A DNA stretch of 64,000 nucleotides, taken from positions 17,174,001 to 17,238,000 of the forward strand of contig OX597825.1 of NCBI GenBank assembly GCA_951406725.2, read 5' to 3'. A program made the position numbers and the translations under genes. The notes beneath the pieces were generated by a model. That model did no database searches and was not told the DNA's origin. It was given only the letters and a program-made list of their open reading frames with translations. Below are positions 1-15,820 of the stretch, piece after piece; within the stretch, counting starts at the first letter, position 1, and every line of letters begins with the position of its first letter. The stretch comes from Octopus vulgaris. Lineage: Eukaryota.

Positions 1-45
1 TTGCTGTTGTTGTTGTTGTTGTTGGTGGTGTTCTTGTTACTATTA

Positions 46-274
46 AGGTAGTGAGCTGGAAAAATCGTAACATGCCTGAAAAATTCTTAGCGGCTTTTCA
101 TGTGTCTTTACGTTCTGTGTTCAAATTCGATCGAGGTCGACATTGCCATTCAATCTTTTGGGGCAAAATAAAATAAGTACCAGCAAAGTACTGGTGACGT
201 TATAATCGACTAGCTCTCTCTCCTCCAAAACTCCAGGCCTTGTGCCTATAGTAGAAAGGACTTCTACGATAACG

Positions 275-310
<36 letters not shown>

Positions 311-495
311 TGAAGGTGGTGCGCTGGTAGAATTGTCAGCGCAGCGGACAAAATGTTTAGCATTATATTTACTGGCTCTTTGGGTTCTTAGTTCAAGTAC
401 AACCAAGATCAACACTTGTTTTCAGCATTTCAGAATAGTTATTTTCAGAATAGTTAAATCGATGTAATCGATTAACGTCCGCTTCCCAAAATTCC
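46..495 (+). mobile_element. Two old tRNA-derived SINE copies (family B) separated by (CTA)n
   Basis: Diverged matches to the family-B head GGCGGCGAGCTGGCAGAA...GTTCAAATTC and core GGTCGATAAAATAAGTACC seen in younger copies (e.g. 32437). Confidence 0.7.
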
Positions 496-504
496 TCTCC
501 TCTA

Positions 505-1866
505 TAGCACGACACTGCTTAGACTCTCAACTAAATGTGTCTTCCTGTTAGCTAACCCCTTGGCCTGAAGCTTCTCATCAGTGTTTATCAGATTTACAGA
601 CAGAAAATTACCAATGTGAACCCCTTTTCAGTCACTTCTCAGCTGAGCAATCGCTCCTCGACACACAGAACTGTAAATTTTCCCCTCTGTTATTATTGTG
701 CAAGAGTTCGCAAGTGGCTATTGAATTTTGTCGTTGCGAATAAAGTTCATTTCGTTTTTGTTGTGCCATTTTCTTATTAAGTCCACCAACATCTTTAGAG
801 GTTAGATGGGTTTAGATTATTTTCGCTCGGAATGGAATAACTGCAACAGGACATCCAAATAATAACTAGATAGCGTATTCTAAAAACAAGTAGATAAAGA
901 TAGCGTAAGCTGTCTACAGTCTAAAGCGGTCAGATACACAAACCAAACCGTTTTGACCTGTAAGATTAACAGAAATTAGTTTCGTCGGCAAGGGTCTGAA
1001 TGCTGGATGCGTCGCTGCTTGAGTGCCAAGCTTACAGAAGGCAGATTGGTAAATTAATTGAATTGAAATTGACGGAGGCAATTGTCAACAACAAATAGTG
1101 GTCCACCCCGAAACGAGGTGTTAAAGTAGGCTCAGTTAAGTTTAGTATAGTCGTACCTAGAAAGACGGGAAATTTAGTAAGAATGATAAGAAGGCGCTTA
1201 GTAAAAGCATCGCAACCGATTTATTTGCTGTAATATAGTTCTTCATTACGAAACACAAATGATTCATTGTTAAAGTTAAGCCGGTCTCTCTAAGAAACGA
1301 GGGAATGGAAGTCGTTCGAGCGGCTGGAATGGCAGACAAGAAACGGAGCAACAATGCCACAATTCGGTGTTCAGCGGATCATAATGGGAGCATGTTACTC
1401 GAGGCCTAAGCAGATGTATAAAGCTTTTCTGCAACAATTCGGTACACTTTTCAGTCGAATGGCGATCCAGAACGCCGCATAGTCTGCAATTCCTATTTTA
1501 ACGGCCTGTCAGGATTCTCAGCAAAGGAAGTCGAGTTTTGCACAATGTTTGTTACGACTGCGGGAACAAGGAAAGCGATGTTCGGTTGTACAGGAGGATA
1601 TGCACCTGGTTTGGCTTATCTTCATTGCGAGCTTTTCATTGATAAGCCGGATTTGTTTGAAATATCTACCGCAACTAGCAGTCGAGCGGCGAATTCCCAG
1701 TTTTGTGCGTCGAGAAACGATTGCTCAGCTGAGAAGCGACTGAAAAGGGGTTCACGTTGGTAATATTCTGTCCGTAAATCTGATAAACACTGATGACAAA
1801 CTTTAGGCCAAGATGTTAGCTAACACGAAGGCATATTTAGTTGCGAGTCTGAGCAGTGTCGTGCCA
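505..1866. mobile_element. Non-autonomous DNA transposon with ~175-bp terminal inverted repeats, TA-flanked
   Basis: 505-679 is a diverged reverse complement of 1692-1866 (GCACGACACTGCT.../...AGCAGTGTCGTGC); TA at 503-504 and 1867-1868; no recognisable transposase inside. Confidence 0.8.
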
Positions 1867-4224
1867 TAGATTTTGGATTTGCTAGTAATGAGTATTAATC
1901 TATTACACCACTTATCTTTTTTTATATATATTAAACTAAAATCAGAACTCGATTATTGAGAAACATTGCATCTTACAATTTCTTTTTAATCTAAGGCCGA
2001 AGTTATTTGAGTTTTCCATTTTCGCATAGAATTTTGTGCATAACTCATTTCTTAGTTGCAGAAATAGGAAGACAGAACCTTCATTTATAACAATCATTAG
2101 CAATATATTCTAAACTTATTTGATGTTTACTACTAAACTATTAAATCATGTATTTTTTTTTCTCACATTTTTCTCTCACAGACGTAGCTGGATTGCTCTG
2201 GAAATTCATTATTTCTCGTCCCGATTGTAATTTTTCAATGCGTTCCATAATAAATTGCAATGATGGAAAGTTTTATTGATTTAATCTTGCCTTGAGGCAT
2301 TAAAGGATTATTTTTTCATCGAAATTTCTAAAACAATTTACATATCTTATACATCAGTTGTCTGAAATTTTAAGGAGGAATATCTATATATAAAAAGGGA
2401 GAATAATTCCTATTGCGTCATTCTTTGACAGGTCTGTTCTTGCCTTTCAATTGCTATATATTTTATCAGCAATTTATCTTTAATTTATAATACTTTCTCA
2501 ACTCCCACGTGATTATTGCTATAGTGTCTGAAAATCGTATTCGTTTAGTCATACTTCATCTATTAAATTTAGTTCTCGCAATAAATTGATAAATTTCTTA
2601 AGTTTATAGCCATATATTATGTGAAGCGAAGAATGAGATAGATAAATATAAAAGTATATAGATAAAACACACACACATGTACAGACACGCTCACTTTTGC
2701 ATGCGTCTACATTTGGGATTGTTTGTTTCTTTGTTTTATTACTTTGGCTAATTCTAATGTAATACCTTAATATTTATTGTTAATATTTCTCTAGAGCTTG
2801 TCTGTACTTATTGCTACTGACCGAGCGAATAAAAAGTTCGCTTCCCAATCACATCTTGCAATGGTCATCTTATGTATGAAACCTTTGATTGTTTTTTTTT
2901 TAAGAAATACCTGTGTATGAAGACTAAGTTAAGATGGTGACACGTCGAATGGCATATACGTACAATTTGAAGGCATATGCTTTTGAAACTGGGTGTCATT
3001 CTGAAGTATGCATCAATTTTATGCGAGTACAATAATTTTGAATGCTGTATTACTCAAACTATGATTATGAGATGAAAAATTGTTATTCGAAATGTTGGAT
3101 GATTTTTTTGTTAGAATGCGTCGCAGAATCTATAAATGCATAGAGCTTCTCTTTTTCTTTTGTTTTGGAACATACGTACGTACAGTTATTCGGAAATGCA
3201 TCATTTATCTATATAACAAATTACCATTTATCATAGGGTTCTTATCATTCCATGAATTTTAAATTTGTTTAGAATAAAAATATTATCGGGAAATACGAAA
3301 GATGAATGCAAGTATGTGCGTCTGTAATTTTAGGTGGATATACAAACATAGATATATCTGGTTCATATGCAGATGACTTACATATTTCTGTGATCTTATC
3401 AAATGTGCTGAATATATCACAAATATCCCATTAATATTATATTAATAAGTCAATGTTATACTGAAGTCCGAGCACATAGTTATGCTGGAGCCTATGTTTG
3501 GACACATCATATAAAAGAACGTGCTCAACATTAAATACAAAATATGGTTCACAAAATTTAAAAAAGCATTTATCCATATAATATCCGTGTCTCGCTATGA
3601 ATGAGAATGCCATAAATATTAACAAAATTCCATATTACTATAAATCAAAAGGGAAGATAGCACATAACTATTTTCATATTAAATACAAAATTTAGAATTT
3701 TAGCCGCCCATTGAATGACGTAGTAATAGACCTCGGCGGATCTGTAAAAGCCCTGTAATTGAATTACTGTGGAAAATTTCAAACAATTATCATTGAATAT
3801 TCAATTACAAACCTGATATTTTGATCCCACATTTGAAATAATTTGTATTTTCCGTCAATAAACAAATCGGGAAATAATAAATTACATTTACCAGATGATT
3901 TTTGCGAATCAACTCATACATGTTACAAAACATGTTAATAATTAGAAAAAACAATGCTGTTGCAAGAACACAGAACCGCTCTAAAACTATATCAACATTT
4001 GCAATTGAAACCCTATTTGATCACCAAATTATAACTTTTTACGCATTAAACACAAATAAGGAAATACTAGTGGGAGGACTAAAAACCGAGGGAAGAAATT
4101 AATATAAAATCTATTTGAATTTGGTTAATAACAGCAGCAAATATTTATAAGAGTTCTTGTTTCTGCAAAATTACACATTTCTACTACGCATCTAAGACAA
4201 AATGTTTTTCACATAAATAAATTT

Positions 4225-4960
4225 TGCAGGCGGTTTCACGGCTATATAGTAACAATTACTAACTGGCTAACATAATTTACTTCATATAAAGTGGATGTGA
4301 TACTCGTTACTAGCGGGCGCCTATTATTTAAGCGAAGACGTGAGAGGTATGCCGTTATATACGTAGAGAAAACCATACCGTACGGTTGGCACTATTCTTT
4401 GGCACCAAGAAATAAACTAAGCACCGAACAGGAGGTTACTGCACTACCCCACTTAGTCTGAGGACTATGTACTACAGTTGCTTAGAATTCAAGGGCCCAC
4501 AGCTATTCAGTCACTTGTGAAAATATCTGAAGGGTTCTTCATGGAGTAGGGGTAGATACTTTCAAAGAAACAACTTGATCTCCTGCTATCCACGGTCCCG
4601 CATGAACCTACATCATGGCAAGAAACTCAAAAGAGGTGAGCTGGCAGAATTGTTAGCACGCCAGGCGAAATGCTTAACATTATTTCGTCTGCCGTTACGT
4701 TATGAGTTCAAATTTCACCGAAGTCGACTTTAAGTACCAGTTACGCCCTGCGGTCGATGTAATCGAGTTAATCCGTTTCTATGTCCTTGTTCGTCCCCTC
4801 TGTGTTTAACTCCTTGTGGGCAATAAAGAAATAAGAAATTCAAAAGAGGACAGTTCCTCCTTCGCCAAAAGCCAATCGCATAAGTAAGGCCACTGAAAAG
4901 ATGATGTCATTGGCGGTGCTCCAGCTTGGCCATATTCTTTGGGTTGAAACATGAAAGAAA
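4225..4960 (+). mobile_element. Decayed CR1/L2-group LINE 3' end, interrupted by a SINE
   Basis: Frameshifted peptides RRERYAVIYV, FKGPQLFSHL, HGVGVDTFK/QLDLLLSTVPHEPTSWQ resemble a CR1/L2 ORF2 C-terminus; 3' tail GGCGGTGCTCCAGC...TGAAAC at 4912-4960. Confidence 0.65.
4637..4832 (+). mobile_element. SINE family B with 17-bp TSD
   Basis: TSD AAGAAA(C/T)TCAAAAGAGG at 4620-4636 and 4833-4849; family-B sequence between. Confidence 0.9.
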
Positions 4961-5364
4961 AAAAGAACAAGAAATCATTACCACAATCTTCATCTTTGCT
5001 TGCTGGTTGTTCATACATACGATAGAGCGTCAAAAGAAAATAAGAATAAGTGAAACTGGAGCCCAACTATTCTGGCTGACTTCTGCTGGAGTCTGAAACG
5101 TGATACACCTGAGATGAAGTAAATACTAAAATACTAAATTGCAGTATTTACTAAAACGAAGAAGTAAATATTAAAATGTAGATTAATACATTATATAATG
5201 CTAACAAACATGCCGATTCATTATATATTTATGAATTAATTTCAATGGACATATTTAATCTCAATTCAGGAGCATAATAAATGTAGTTTTATATCCAGAA
5301 TACATGACGATTACTGCATATCAGAAGCAAAGTTTAGGTATTTTATACATTAATCTTAATAATA

Positions 5365-5948
<584 letters not shown>

Positions 5949-6083
5949 ATTAAACCTTTTCATTAACTGGATGTACAAGGGCGATATTCCTGTAGTTTAA
6001 GCGTGCAATGTTATGATTATTAACTGTGTATTTTAATGGTTTTCATCCATCCCGATATTCCCGTACAACCCATAATACATATA

Positions 6084-6306
6084 CTCTCTCTTTTTCTCTT
6101 TTACTTGTTTCAGTCATTTGACTGCGGCCATGCTGGAGCACCGCCTTTAATCGAGCAACCCGACCCCGGGACTTATTCTTTTGTAAGCCCAGTACTTATT
6201 CTATCGGTCTCTTTTGCCAACCGCTAAGTGACGGGGACGTAAACACACCAGCATCGGTTGTCAAGCAATGCTTGGGTGACAAACACAGACACACAAACAC
6301 ACACAC

Positions 6307-6353
<47 letters not shown>

Positions 6354-6518
6354 TACGACGGGCTTCTTTCAGTTTCCGTCTACCAAATCTACTCACAAGG
6401 CTTTGGTCGGCCCGAGGCTATAGTAGAAGACACTTGCCCAAGGTGCCACTCAGTGGGACTGAACCCGGAACCATGTGGCTGGTAAACAAGCTACTTACCA
6501 CACAGCCACTCCTGCGCC
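6084..6518 (-). mobile_element. SINE family A, full length
   Basis: Reverse-complement match to 5365-5948. Confidence 0.9.
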
Positions 6519-6969
6519 TAAAGTGTCATTGTGTGAATGATTATAAGAATTATTTCGGCACCCTTCAACGAACGACTATTCCCTGGAATACTTGGAATAT
6601 ATCTTTCCACCCTTTTGTGAAAAAACTATCAAAAGGTAACTATAAGGATGCCGTATTTATTTTTAAAAAATGATTACTAGTGAAAGAACATTTCCCAGAC
6701 ATAAGGCAAACGTGCTGTGACAATGGGTTTTGAAGCGACGTGATGTGAAATAAACTTAGTATAAGCAGACTGCCTTTATATAAACGCTTTCATATCTTCT
6801 TTTAGATATATACTATCTGGATACATAAAGACAACTGAATACGACTGTATGTGATCGGATTTAAGTTTTAAAATATTTTTGCAATAGAGAAACGGCATTT
6901 CCCAAAGAGGAAAGAAAAAATAATACAGCTGACAGTTCAATTGGAATTCAGTCCATTTCTATCAGAATT

Positions 6970-7191
6970 ATGTATGTATGTATGTATGTATGTATGTATG
7001 TATGTTTATATGTATGTGCGCACGTGTCTGTAGATTTCTGTATATATGAGCGCAAAGAATTTCACTTCATGCCTGGATCCTTGTCTCTTTACATGTATTT
7101 GTTAATCCCTCTGTCTGCGAGCATGTGTGTGTTTGTGGATATATATATATGTGTGCGTATGCATTTGTGTACAATTCTGTGCTTTGTGGCA

Positions 7192-7263
<72 letters not shown>

Positions 7264-7295
7264 GCGTGTATGTATATATATGTATATATAAATAA

Positions 7296-7329
<34 letters not shown>

Positions 7330-7384
7330 GTATGCGTGTGCGTGTATATATATATATATATATATATATGCGTGTGTGTATGTT

Positions 7385-7418
<34 letters not shown>

Positions 7419-7420
7419 TC
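6970..7420. repeat. Compound (TATG)n/(TA)n/(TG)n microsatellite
   Basis: Directly visible. Confidence 0.9.
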
Positions 7421-8145
7421 TGAGTGAGTGTATGGATGTATGTTGCTTCAAAAAAAAGTGAGTCTGCTATTTCCGTTGAAGAAATAATCTGAACTCTTAA
7501 TAACTGCCGTCGTGCATGGTTTTATACGTACATAAATACACACACACACACACACAGAGACACACACATACACACACATACGTACTCACACACACACACT
7601 TATGCATATATATTCACAGACAGATCTAACCAAATCTCCATTATTTAAATAAAAAAAAAAATAATCTTTCACGTTCTAGATTGTTAAAAATATTCACCAT
7701 CTTCGAATCATATGATTTTTCTTTAAAATAGAAATCTACCGAAGAATATAAATACTGTTTGTTTTATTTTACATCTTTATATATTTTATGGAAGATATCT
7801 TACATTATATTTGGAACTTCATGGTTAGAATTAAGAGCATCAATTAGTTTTATGAAAATAAGACAAAAAGCAAAAAAAAAAAAAGAAAAACGAACTCATC
7901 TTACTATACTTTTCGTATAACTTTCCAAACGATATCATTTGACTAAAAGATGTATGTTGATTTCTCAGTTCAAGTAAGTTTGAAAGAATTTTTCGTTTTG
8001 TATAACACTTATAACGATGCAAAAAAAAAACAAATATTAAAACAAAAGCGTCATGATTCTGCGTATCTTAATTGGAAATTACACACATGACTTGCTATAA
8101 ATAAAAGAAACCACAAAAATCTTGACTACGACAATATTAAAGACC

Positions 8146-8741
<596 letters not shown>

Positions 8742-9234
8742 GACACACGCATATGTATGTATTTATATTTATATATTAGCATGTTGTATTGTTTTTATTT
8801 TCCTCGGTTTTTCGTTGTCTTATGAATTATATCGATTGTAAAACTAGTTCCATATTTTAAATTGCATAACTGAGTATTATTTTATTCAAAGTTAGTTTTA
8901 CTAATTTTTCAGTATCAATAATTTGTTTTGACATCTAATCGAAGGCTATGGAATTTATAATTTAAAATTCTACGCTACGTTTTTCACAATCTATACACTT
9001 TTAAATCTGAGGTGATTATATATTTTTTCATAGAGTTCCATTGTATACGTACCACATTTGTCTAACAACTGTTTTAGTCTATCTATAAGTAAGGGGTTAC
9101 ATCGTAAGTGTAAAGCATACAGGCTACTAGGTTATTGTTGCATACGTTCAACTTTTAACTGAGTCTATGCAATTTAAAATGCTGTCAAGCGGTTTTAAGG
9201 AAATACGCATTGTTAAATATTATTTCCTATTCGC

Positions 9235-9594
9235 GTCTTCTTTCAGTCATTTCACTTCGGCCATGCTGGAGCACCACCTTTAGTCGGGACTTATTCTTTG
9301 TAAGCCTATTACTTATTCTATCGGACTCTTTTGCCGAATCGCTAAGTTACGGGGACGTAACCACACGAATATCGTTTGACAAGACATGTTGGGGCACAAA
9401 TACAGACACGCAAAGACACACACAAACACACGACGAACTTGTTTGCGTTTCCATCTACTAGATGCACTCAAAAGGCTTTGATCGGACCGAGGCTATACTA
9501 GAAGACACTTGCGAAAGGTGTCACGCAGTGGAACTGAATACCCAAAACATATCGTTAAGATGCAAGCCTCTTACCTCACAGCCACGCCTGCGCC
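9235..9594 (-). mobile_element. SINE family A, diverged
   Basis: Matches family A tail, body and head on the minus strand. Confidence 0.85.
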
Positions 9595-9942
9595 CATGTA
9601 AATACACACACATATGTATGAATATAAATATATATATAAGCAAAATTTTAGATTCAGATGAATGTTAGTTAAGTTGAATTACCAGAATTTAGTACGGTAT
9701 AATACATACAATTTCAAAATAAGGTGATGAGAATGAAAATTGAACAATGCAACCATTACATCATTACATCTAGAAACCATTACATCATTACATCAAGCAA
9801 GTCCTATTATTGACCACTAGAATGCATGCTTGTTTCTAATAAGTTCATCCACACATAAATTAGTGCATTCTTTCGCTACATCTTACTTATACTGAGAAAT
9901 CATAGTTGAAAAATAATTTATTGTTGCACATAATACAAACGA

Positions 9943-10175
9943 GTGGAGGCGCATGATTTGAGGTTACTGTGCTGGGCTCCTGATCGTGAGATTGTGGTTT
10001 CGACTTCTGGACCGGATGATGCTCTGTGGACTTGAAGAAAATACATCTTTCCGCGTTGTTCCTGTCGATTCAGATGGCGAAAATGAGTAATCTTGCGACC
10101 GATTGGCGTCTTGTCCACGAGTGAGGATATATGGCACATATATCGTCTCCATAATCGACATAAGTTTGAAAGAAC
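9943..10175 (+). mobile_element. SINE family C (GTGGAGGCGC head), diverged
   Basis: Similar to 17456-17698 and 29803-30051; probable TSD ATAATACAAA at 9930-9939 and 10184-10193. Confidence 0.8.
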
Positions 10176-11184
10176 TTTATCATATAATACAAAATCTTTG
10201 ATAGGGCGTAACTGCTAGATAATTCACTTTGAATATAAGTCATTTACAGGAATGGAAGTGATTTATTTTTGAAAGAAACAGCATGCAGAAAAAGGTGATT
10301 TGCAATGCATAGCTTTTGTGTGGTTAGTATAATGACTATTATCCTTCGGATCAAAGCTCTTTTATTCTAGTGAAGTTCAGCATCGAAAGATGCAGATTTT
10401 ACACTTTTACCATTAATATCATCATTGAAAAGTAATATATTCTTGTGTGAGATGGAACACGTTCAGAATTTAGCTACCTGTGATTTCTTTTCTTGCTCCA
10501 ATGCGCTCTCAACTGACTCATAACATATCACAATGGGATATTCTTTTTCTATCTTTCTGAAGCCTTGAGCATATTTCGTTTACTAATTCATACATTTATT
10601 TTATTTTTTTTTTCATTATTCTGTTATTGCTCAAATTCCTTTTCTGAAATTCCTTTTGCAATATAATATAATATAATATAATATAATATAATACAAGCAA
10701 CGCAATATTTTATATGAAAAAAAAAAGTATTATAAGAAAGACATTTCCACTTACAAAAATTCAGAACATATTTGAATGTTTTGCATAATTATAAACAAAA
10801 CTTCACCGTATTTAGGAACTGAATGTGAAAGACCTAAAGTGTTTTTAGAGATAATAATTCAACTGTGCCTTAAAATGCAATATTAATATGATGATTTCAA
10901 TGAGTAATTTCTAATACGATATTCTGAAAGCCCTCAAGGTAGGAATTCGTCATCCGTCGTCTATAGTATTATTTATAACCTAGCGCATCTACAGAAAATT
11001 TAAAAAAATTAAAGTATTAAATAAATTTAATCAAAATACGATACTTCTTCATTAATAACTTTTATTTTTCCCCATTGAATTCTATGCCGTTCATGTTCAC
11101 ATATTCCTTATTTACTTAAAATGACAGCCGCTTCTTAGACATGCAAAATACATTTATTATCTACTAAGATGCTAATCGAGCAAA

Positions 11185-11950
11185 AACAACAACAACAACA
11201 ACAACAGCAGCAGCAGAAGAAAAACAACATGACAAAAACAACAAATAAACACAGCAATAACAAGAACAACAATTGCAACAACAACAACAATAATAATAAT
11301 TCTTCTTGCTACTAAAGGCACAAGGTCTGAAATTTAATGGGAAAGGTTTGTGGATTACATCGACCCCATTGTTTGACTGGTATGAAATTAATAGATCCCC
11401 CCAGAGGAAGAAAGGCATAGTCGACCCCGAATCTTTGCTCAAGGAAGGACGAAATACGTTGAAGTATTTTGCCTGAGCTGCTAACTTTTCTACCAGCTCA
11501 CCGCCTTAATTATAACAAGAGTAACCGTTTCTGTTATCGGCACAAGGCCTGACATTTGGGGGATGGGAATAGTCGATTACATCGACGCTAGTACTTGACT
11601 GGCACAATTTATCGACCCCGAAAGGATGAAATCAGAAGGTAACCTTACCGACTAGATTATGATAATAATCATGGTTTAAAATTTTGGCAAAAGGGCAGCA
11701 ATTTGCGGACAAGGTTTGAGTCGATTACAAGGGCACTAGTGTTAAACTGGTACTTATTTTATCTACTGTGAATGGATTAAAGGCAAATTCGACCTCGGTG
11801 GAATTGGAACTTGGAATACAACGACAGACGAAATACCGCTAAGCATTCCACCCGGCGTACTAATGATTCTTACAGCTCTCTGCCTTAGTAATGATAATAA
11901 TATTGATGATAATAATAATAGTTGTAGTAGTAGTAGTAATAATAATAATA

Positions 11951-12028
<78 letters not shown>

Positions 12029-12030
12029 GC
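11185..12030 (-). mobile_element. Cluster of three old family-B SINEs with (AAC)n/(AAT)n tracts
   Basis: GATTACATCGAC...ATCGACCCCGAAAGGATGAAA-type motifs at ~11310-11508, 11535-11640, 11675-11887; (AAT)n 11890-12025. Confidence 0.75.
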
Positions 12031-12089
12031 AACGAAACTCAAAGGAAAATTACAACAGTACACCAAATCACTTATCCTATGGTTAATCT

Positions 12090-12258
12090 ATACACACACA
12101 TATATATTTATATACTCGACGGGCGTCTTTACTTTTCCATGTACTAAATCCACTCACAAGGCTTTGGTCGGCTTGAGGCTATAATAAAAGACACTTGTGG
12201 CACGCACTGGGACTGAACCCGGAACCATGTGGTTCGTAAGCAAGCTACTTACCACACA
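12090..12258 (-). mobile_element. SINE family A, 5' half
   Basis: AAATCCACTCACAAGGCTTTGGTCGG...CTACTTACCACACA. Confidence 0.85.
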
Positions 12259-12940
12259 AAAAAAATTAGGTGATTCACATTCATCGTCTTCTCATTGTAC
12301 CCATCTCTTATTATGTCATAAAGTTAACTAGGGAACCTTGCTAAATGATTTATTAAAACAATGTTTACATCTTATTCGTAATTCCTACCTACGGATAATG
12401 AGGTTACCCGAAGCTTTGAATATTTGGAATGATTCCTCTAGGCACAATTTACATCTCGTCCTATTTATTTCATAAGGTTTAACTCTGCAGAGGTTTGATC
12501 ATTTGAGTTAGTATTCTTATTTTTCTTCCATATTAACTTGCTAAGGGATATAAAATTTTCCTTATTCTTATACATCAATTGCTTCAACCTTATTGTAGCC
12601 TGCCTTCACCTAGTCTACTTGAACCTCCCAATCTTGCCCCGCTTTCCCCGTATAACAGTCATTCTTCAAGTGACCTGTTTGTTATTTTCAGCACTGGCTC
12701 TATCGAAAGTAGCAATTTTTTCATCCTTGCTCCATCGTTTCATTTTAAGTACACAATACAGGTTATGTTGTTTTCTGTCCAGATGTAAAATCCGTTCAAA
12801 TATTCTCTCATTCCCCCATATTCCCTGTCGCCTCTCCTCTCCCCTCCCTTTTCCTTTCTCATCCCTCCTCCTCTCATTCCCTTCCCCTTCTCCTCTGAAC
12901 TCTCCCCTCTTTCTATATATACTTATATATCTGTATATAC

Positions 12941-12971
<31 letters not shown>

Positions 12972-13072
12972 CATACATACAGACGTACACACAAATACAC
13001 AGACACAGACACACATACACACATGTGTGCGCAAACACACACGGACACACGCACGCACACCCACAGGTATAT

Positions 13073-13121
<49 letters not shown>

Positions 13122-13570
13122 TTTGTGAAATTAGGAATATGATATTTGAAAGTCTGGAAGTTGCTCAAGGCATTGGGTGAATGAATTAATAGTAATTATT
13201 CCAATGAGAAATTATATTCTCGTCAGACTTTATACATACAGATGAACTTATATATAGAATACTTACCTAGCAATATGACACCAGACTTATAAGTGCAAAG
13301 GTAAAGATGTTACAGATGATAGGAATTTTTGATGTACCATGTTTGAAGGAAATTAGATTTACGCTGTTTTAAATCTGTGTCTCACCTTAGACGGCGACTA
13401 CTTATAAAGGCTCAGATATAATGTTCATTAGAATGGAATTTTTGTTCAATCCCAATACGTATATATACATATATATACATATATATATATATATATACAT
13501 ACACATATATGTGTGTATATACATATATATATATATATATATATACATATATATTTGTGTGTATATATAT

Positions 13571-13799
13571 AACTTTGATAGAAATATTTGATAGAAATAA
13601 GCATTCTTGACTGCTATTTCTATTTTTTCGGTATGCGGTCAAGCAACCTGTTTTGCCTGTCCCTTTTTCTTATATACAATATATATACTGAACTTTACAG
13701 AAGTTCCTGCCGGTAATCGGCTATATTTACATACCGAATTCTACCAGTAAATAATTGGGGTTTTTTTAAAAGCCTTTATAGAAATTATTTACACTTATC

Positions 13800-13803
<4 letters not shown>
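13571..13803 (+). mobile_element. Probable PLE terminal (pLTR) fragment between (TA)n tracts
   Basis: TGCTATTTCTA...TTCGGTATGCGG and TTTACATACCGAA..CTAC resemble the reverse complement of 40770-40930, which belongs to an HHR-bearing fragment; TA-rich runs on both sides. Confidence 0.55.
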
Positions 13804-13845
<42 letters not shown>

Positions 13846-13923
13846 TATATGTATGTATATATATATACATGCATACATATATATATACACAAATATATAT
13901 GTATGTATATATATATATACATG

Positions 13924-13988
<65 letters not shown>

Positions 13989-14830
13989 TCTTAAGCATTT
14001 TTTTACACGTATATCTGAATGATTTCGTTTTCATCTTAAATTCTTTGTGGTGTAGTCAAAGAAATTAGTGAAATGCCCAACACCGTTCCAAAGTCACGTA
14101 GATCGGTAGAGTTTGGGAATATATACAGTAAAATTACTTATGATGTAAGAGGAATAAATAGTCTCATATATCTGTGCTGGTGAGTTGAGAATAGCTGTAA
14201 CGTTCGTTATAAAGCGAACAACAAGAAAACAACCTACATGCTTGGGTGTAGTAGTATTGCAAGTAGTAACTGTTTAGTGAATTTTATCCCTTTAAAATTG
14301 CGATAGAAGATACGCAGGGAATAAAATCTTTATGAATGTGCTGGCTGATTTAACAAGATAAATCAATTGTAAATTATATTATTTTCCTTCTTTGCAATGT
14401 CCGTAAAACAGAACTATGTTGTGTTTGATTAAACTTCACAAATACGGGGTGAATTATTATTGTTTTTTACGCATAAGTGTCCGACACTTTAGAAGACTGC
14501 AAATGTATGAATATCAGTTCAAGTTTGGTGTCTCATTATGACTTTTGAATTCCTTGGTGGATTTACCCCAATTAAAAATAGTTCATATATTGTTGACTAT
14601 TAACCGATATCACCTGCAGCATATTTTGTTGATTGCACCGATGCAAATGTTTATGATTAAAGTTATTATGCTGGTTATAATGGTTGTCGTATTAATGCTT
14701 TTGATCATAGACACGCCGAAGTAGTTTAGAGCAGTGGTACGTGTTAATCACAGTGGTGATGGAGATTCATCTTTGGATTGTAGTAGACATGGCCTGATAC
14801 TAGCGTAGTGCTAACGGTAATGGTTCATGT

Positions 14831-15011
14831 TTTGCGTCTGCCGCTACGTTCTGAGTTCAAATTCCGCCGAGGTCGACTTTACCTTTCATCCTTTCGGGGT
14901 CGATTAAATAAGTACCAGTTACGCACTGGGGTCGATGTAATCGACCTAATCCGTTTGTCTGTCCTTGTTTGTCCCTTCTGTGTTTATCCCCTTGTGGGTA
15001 GTAACGAAATA
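14831..15011 (+). mobile_element. 5'-truncated SINE family B with 15-bp TSD
   Basis: TSD GGTAATGGTTCATGT at 14816-14830 and 15012-15026. Confidence 0.9.
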
Positions 15012-15414
15012 GGTAATGGTTCATGTCACCGAATTTGTAGTTTCGTCCAGTCTTTAAATCTATGGTAGAAGGCAACCGTGTTTTCTCCTGTTTTTTTCCT
15101 GTGTCCTGGAAACCTAAAAGAACGCCCAATATCTCTTTTCCGAAGGTATTGCTGCTTGAATTGAGAAATATTAAGTTGTTATTTTCCAGGCGGGCGAAAG
15201 ACCACGTCTAGGAATCCTTAGTTGTAAGAATTTCTAGCTGTGGTAATTCTTGCTAACGTTTCGGCAAGTTTAACCGTCATAGTGGTTGTAATTATTGTAG
15301 TTGTTTTAGTATTTGATGTAATAATACTCATCTTACTCTAAATCTAATACTAAAGCTCCATCTTAGCACTGTGGTGTATATTAATATTTAACCTAAAAAA
15401 AAAAAAAAAAGAGT

Positions 15415-15820
15415 GGTGCAGGAGTGGCTGTGTGGTAAGTAGCTTGCTAACCAACCACATGGTTCCGGGTTCAGTCCCACTGCGTGGCATCTTGGGCGAG
15501 TGTCTTCTGCTATAGCCCCGGGCAGACCAATGCCTTGTGAGTGAATTTGGTAGACGGAAACAGAAAGAAGCCTGTCGTATATATGTATATATATATGTGT
15601 GTATGTGTGTGTGTTTGTGTGTGTGTGTTTGTCCCCCTAGCATTGCTTGACAACCGATGCTGGTGTGTTTACGTCCCCGTCACTTAGCGGTTCGGCAAAA
15701 GAGACCGATAGAATAAGTACTGGGCTTACAAAAAGAATAAGTCCCGGGGTCGATTTGCTCGACTAAAGGCGGTTGCTCCAGCATGGCCGCAGTCAAATGA
15801 CCTGAAACAAGTAAAAGAAA
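15415..15820 (+). mobile_element. SINE family A, full length
   Basis: Close match to the other family A copies. Confidence 0.9.

Noticed and set aside
1460-1630. Faint histone-fold-like peptide KRCSVVQEDMHLV in the TIR element
   Set aside because: Similarity too weak; stops nearby
1790-1830. CTGATGA in the TIR (mirror at ~575) as a hammerhead
   Set aside because: No stem II closed by GAAA and no stem I
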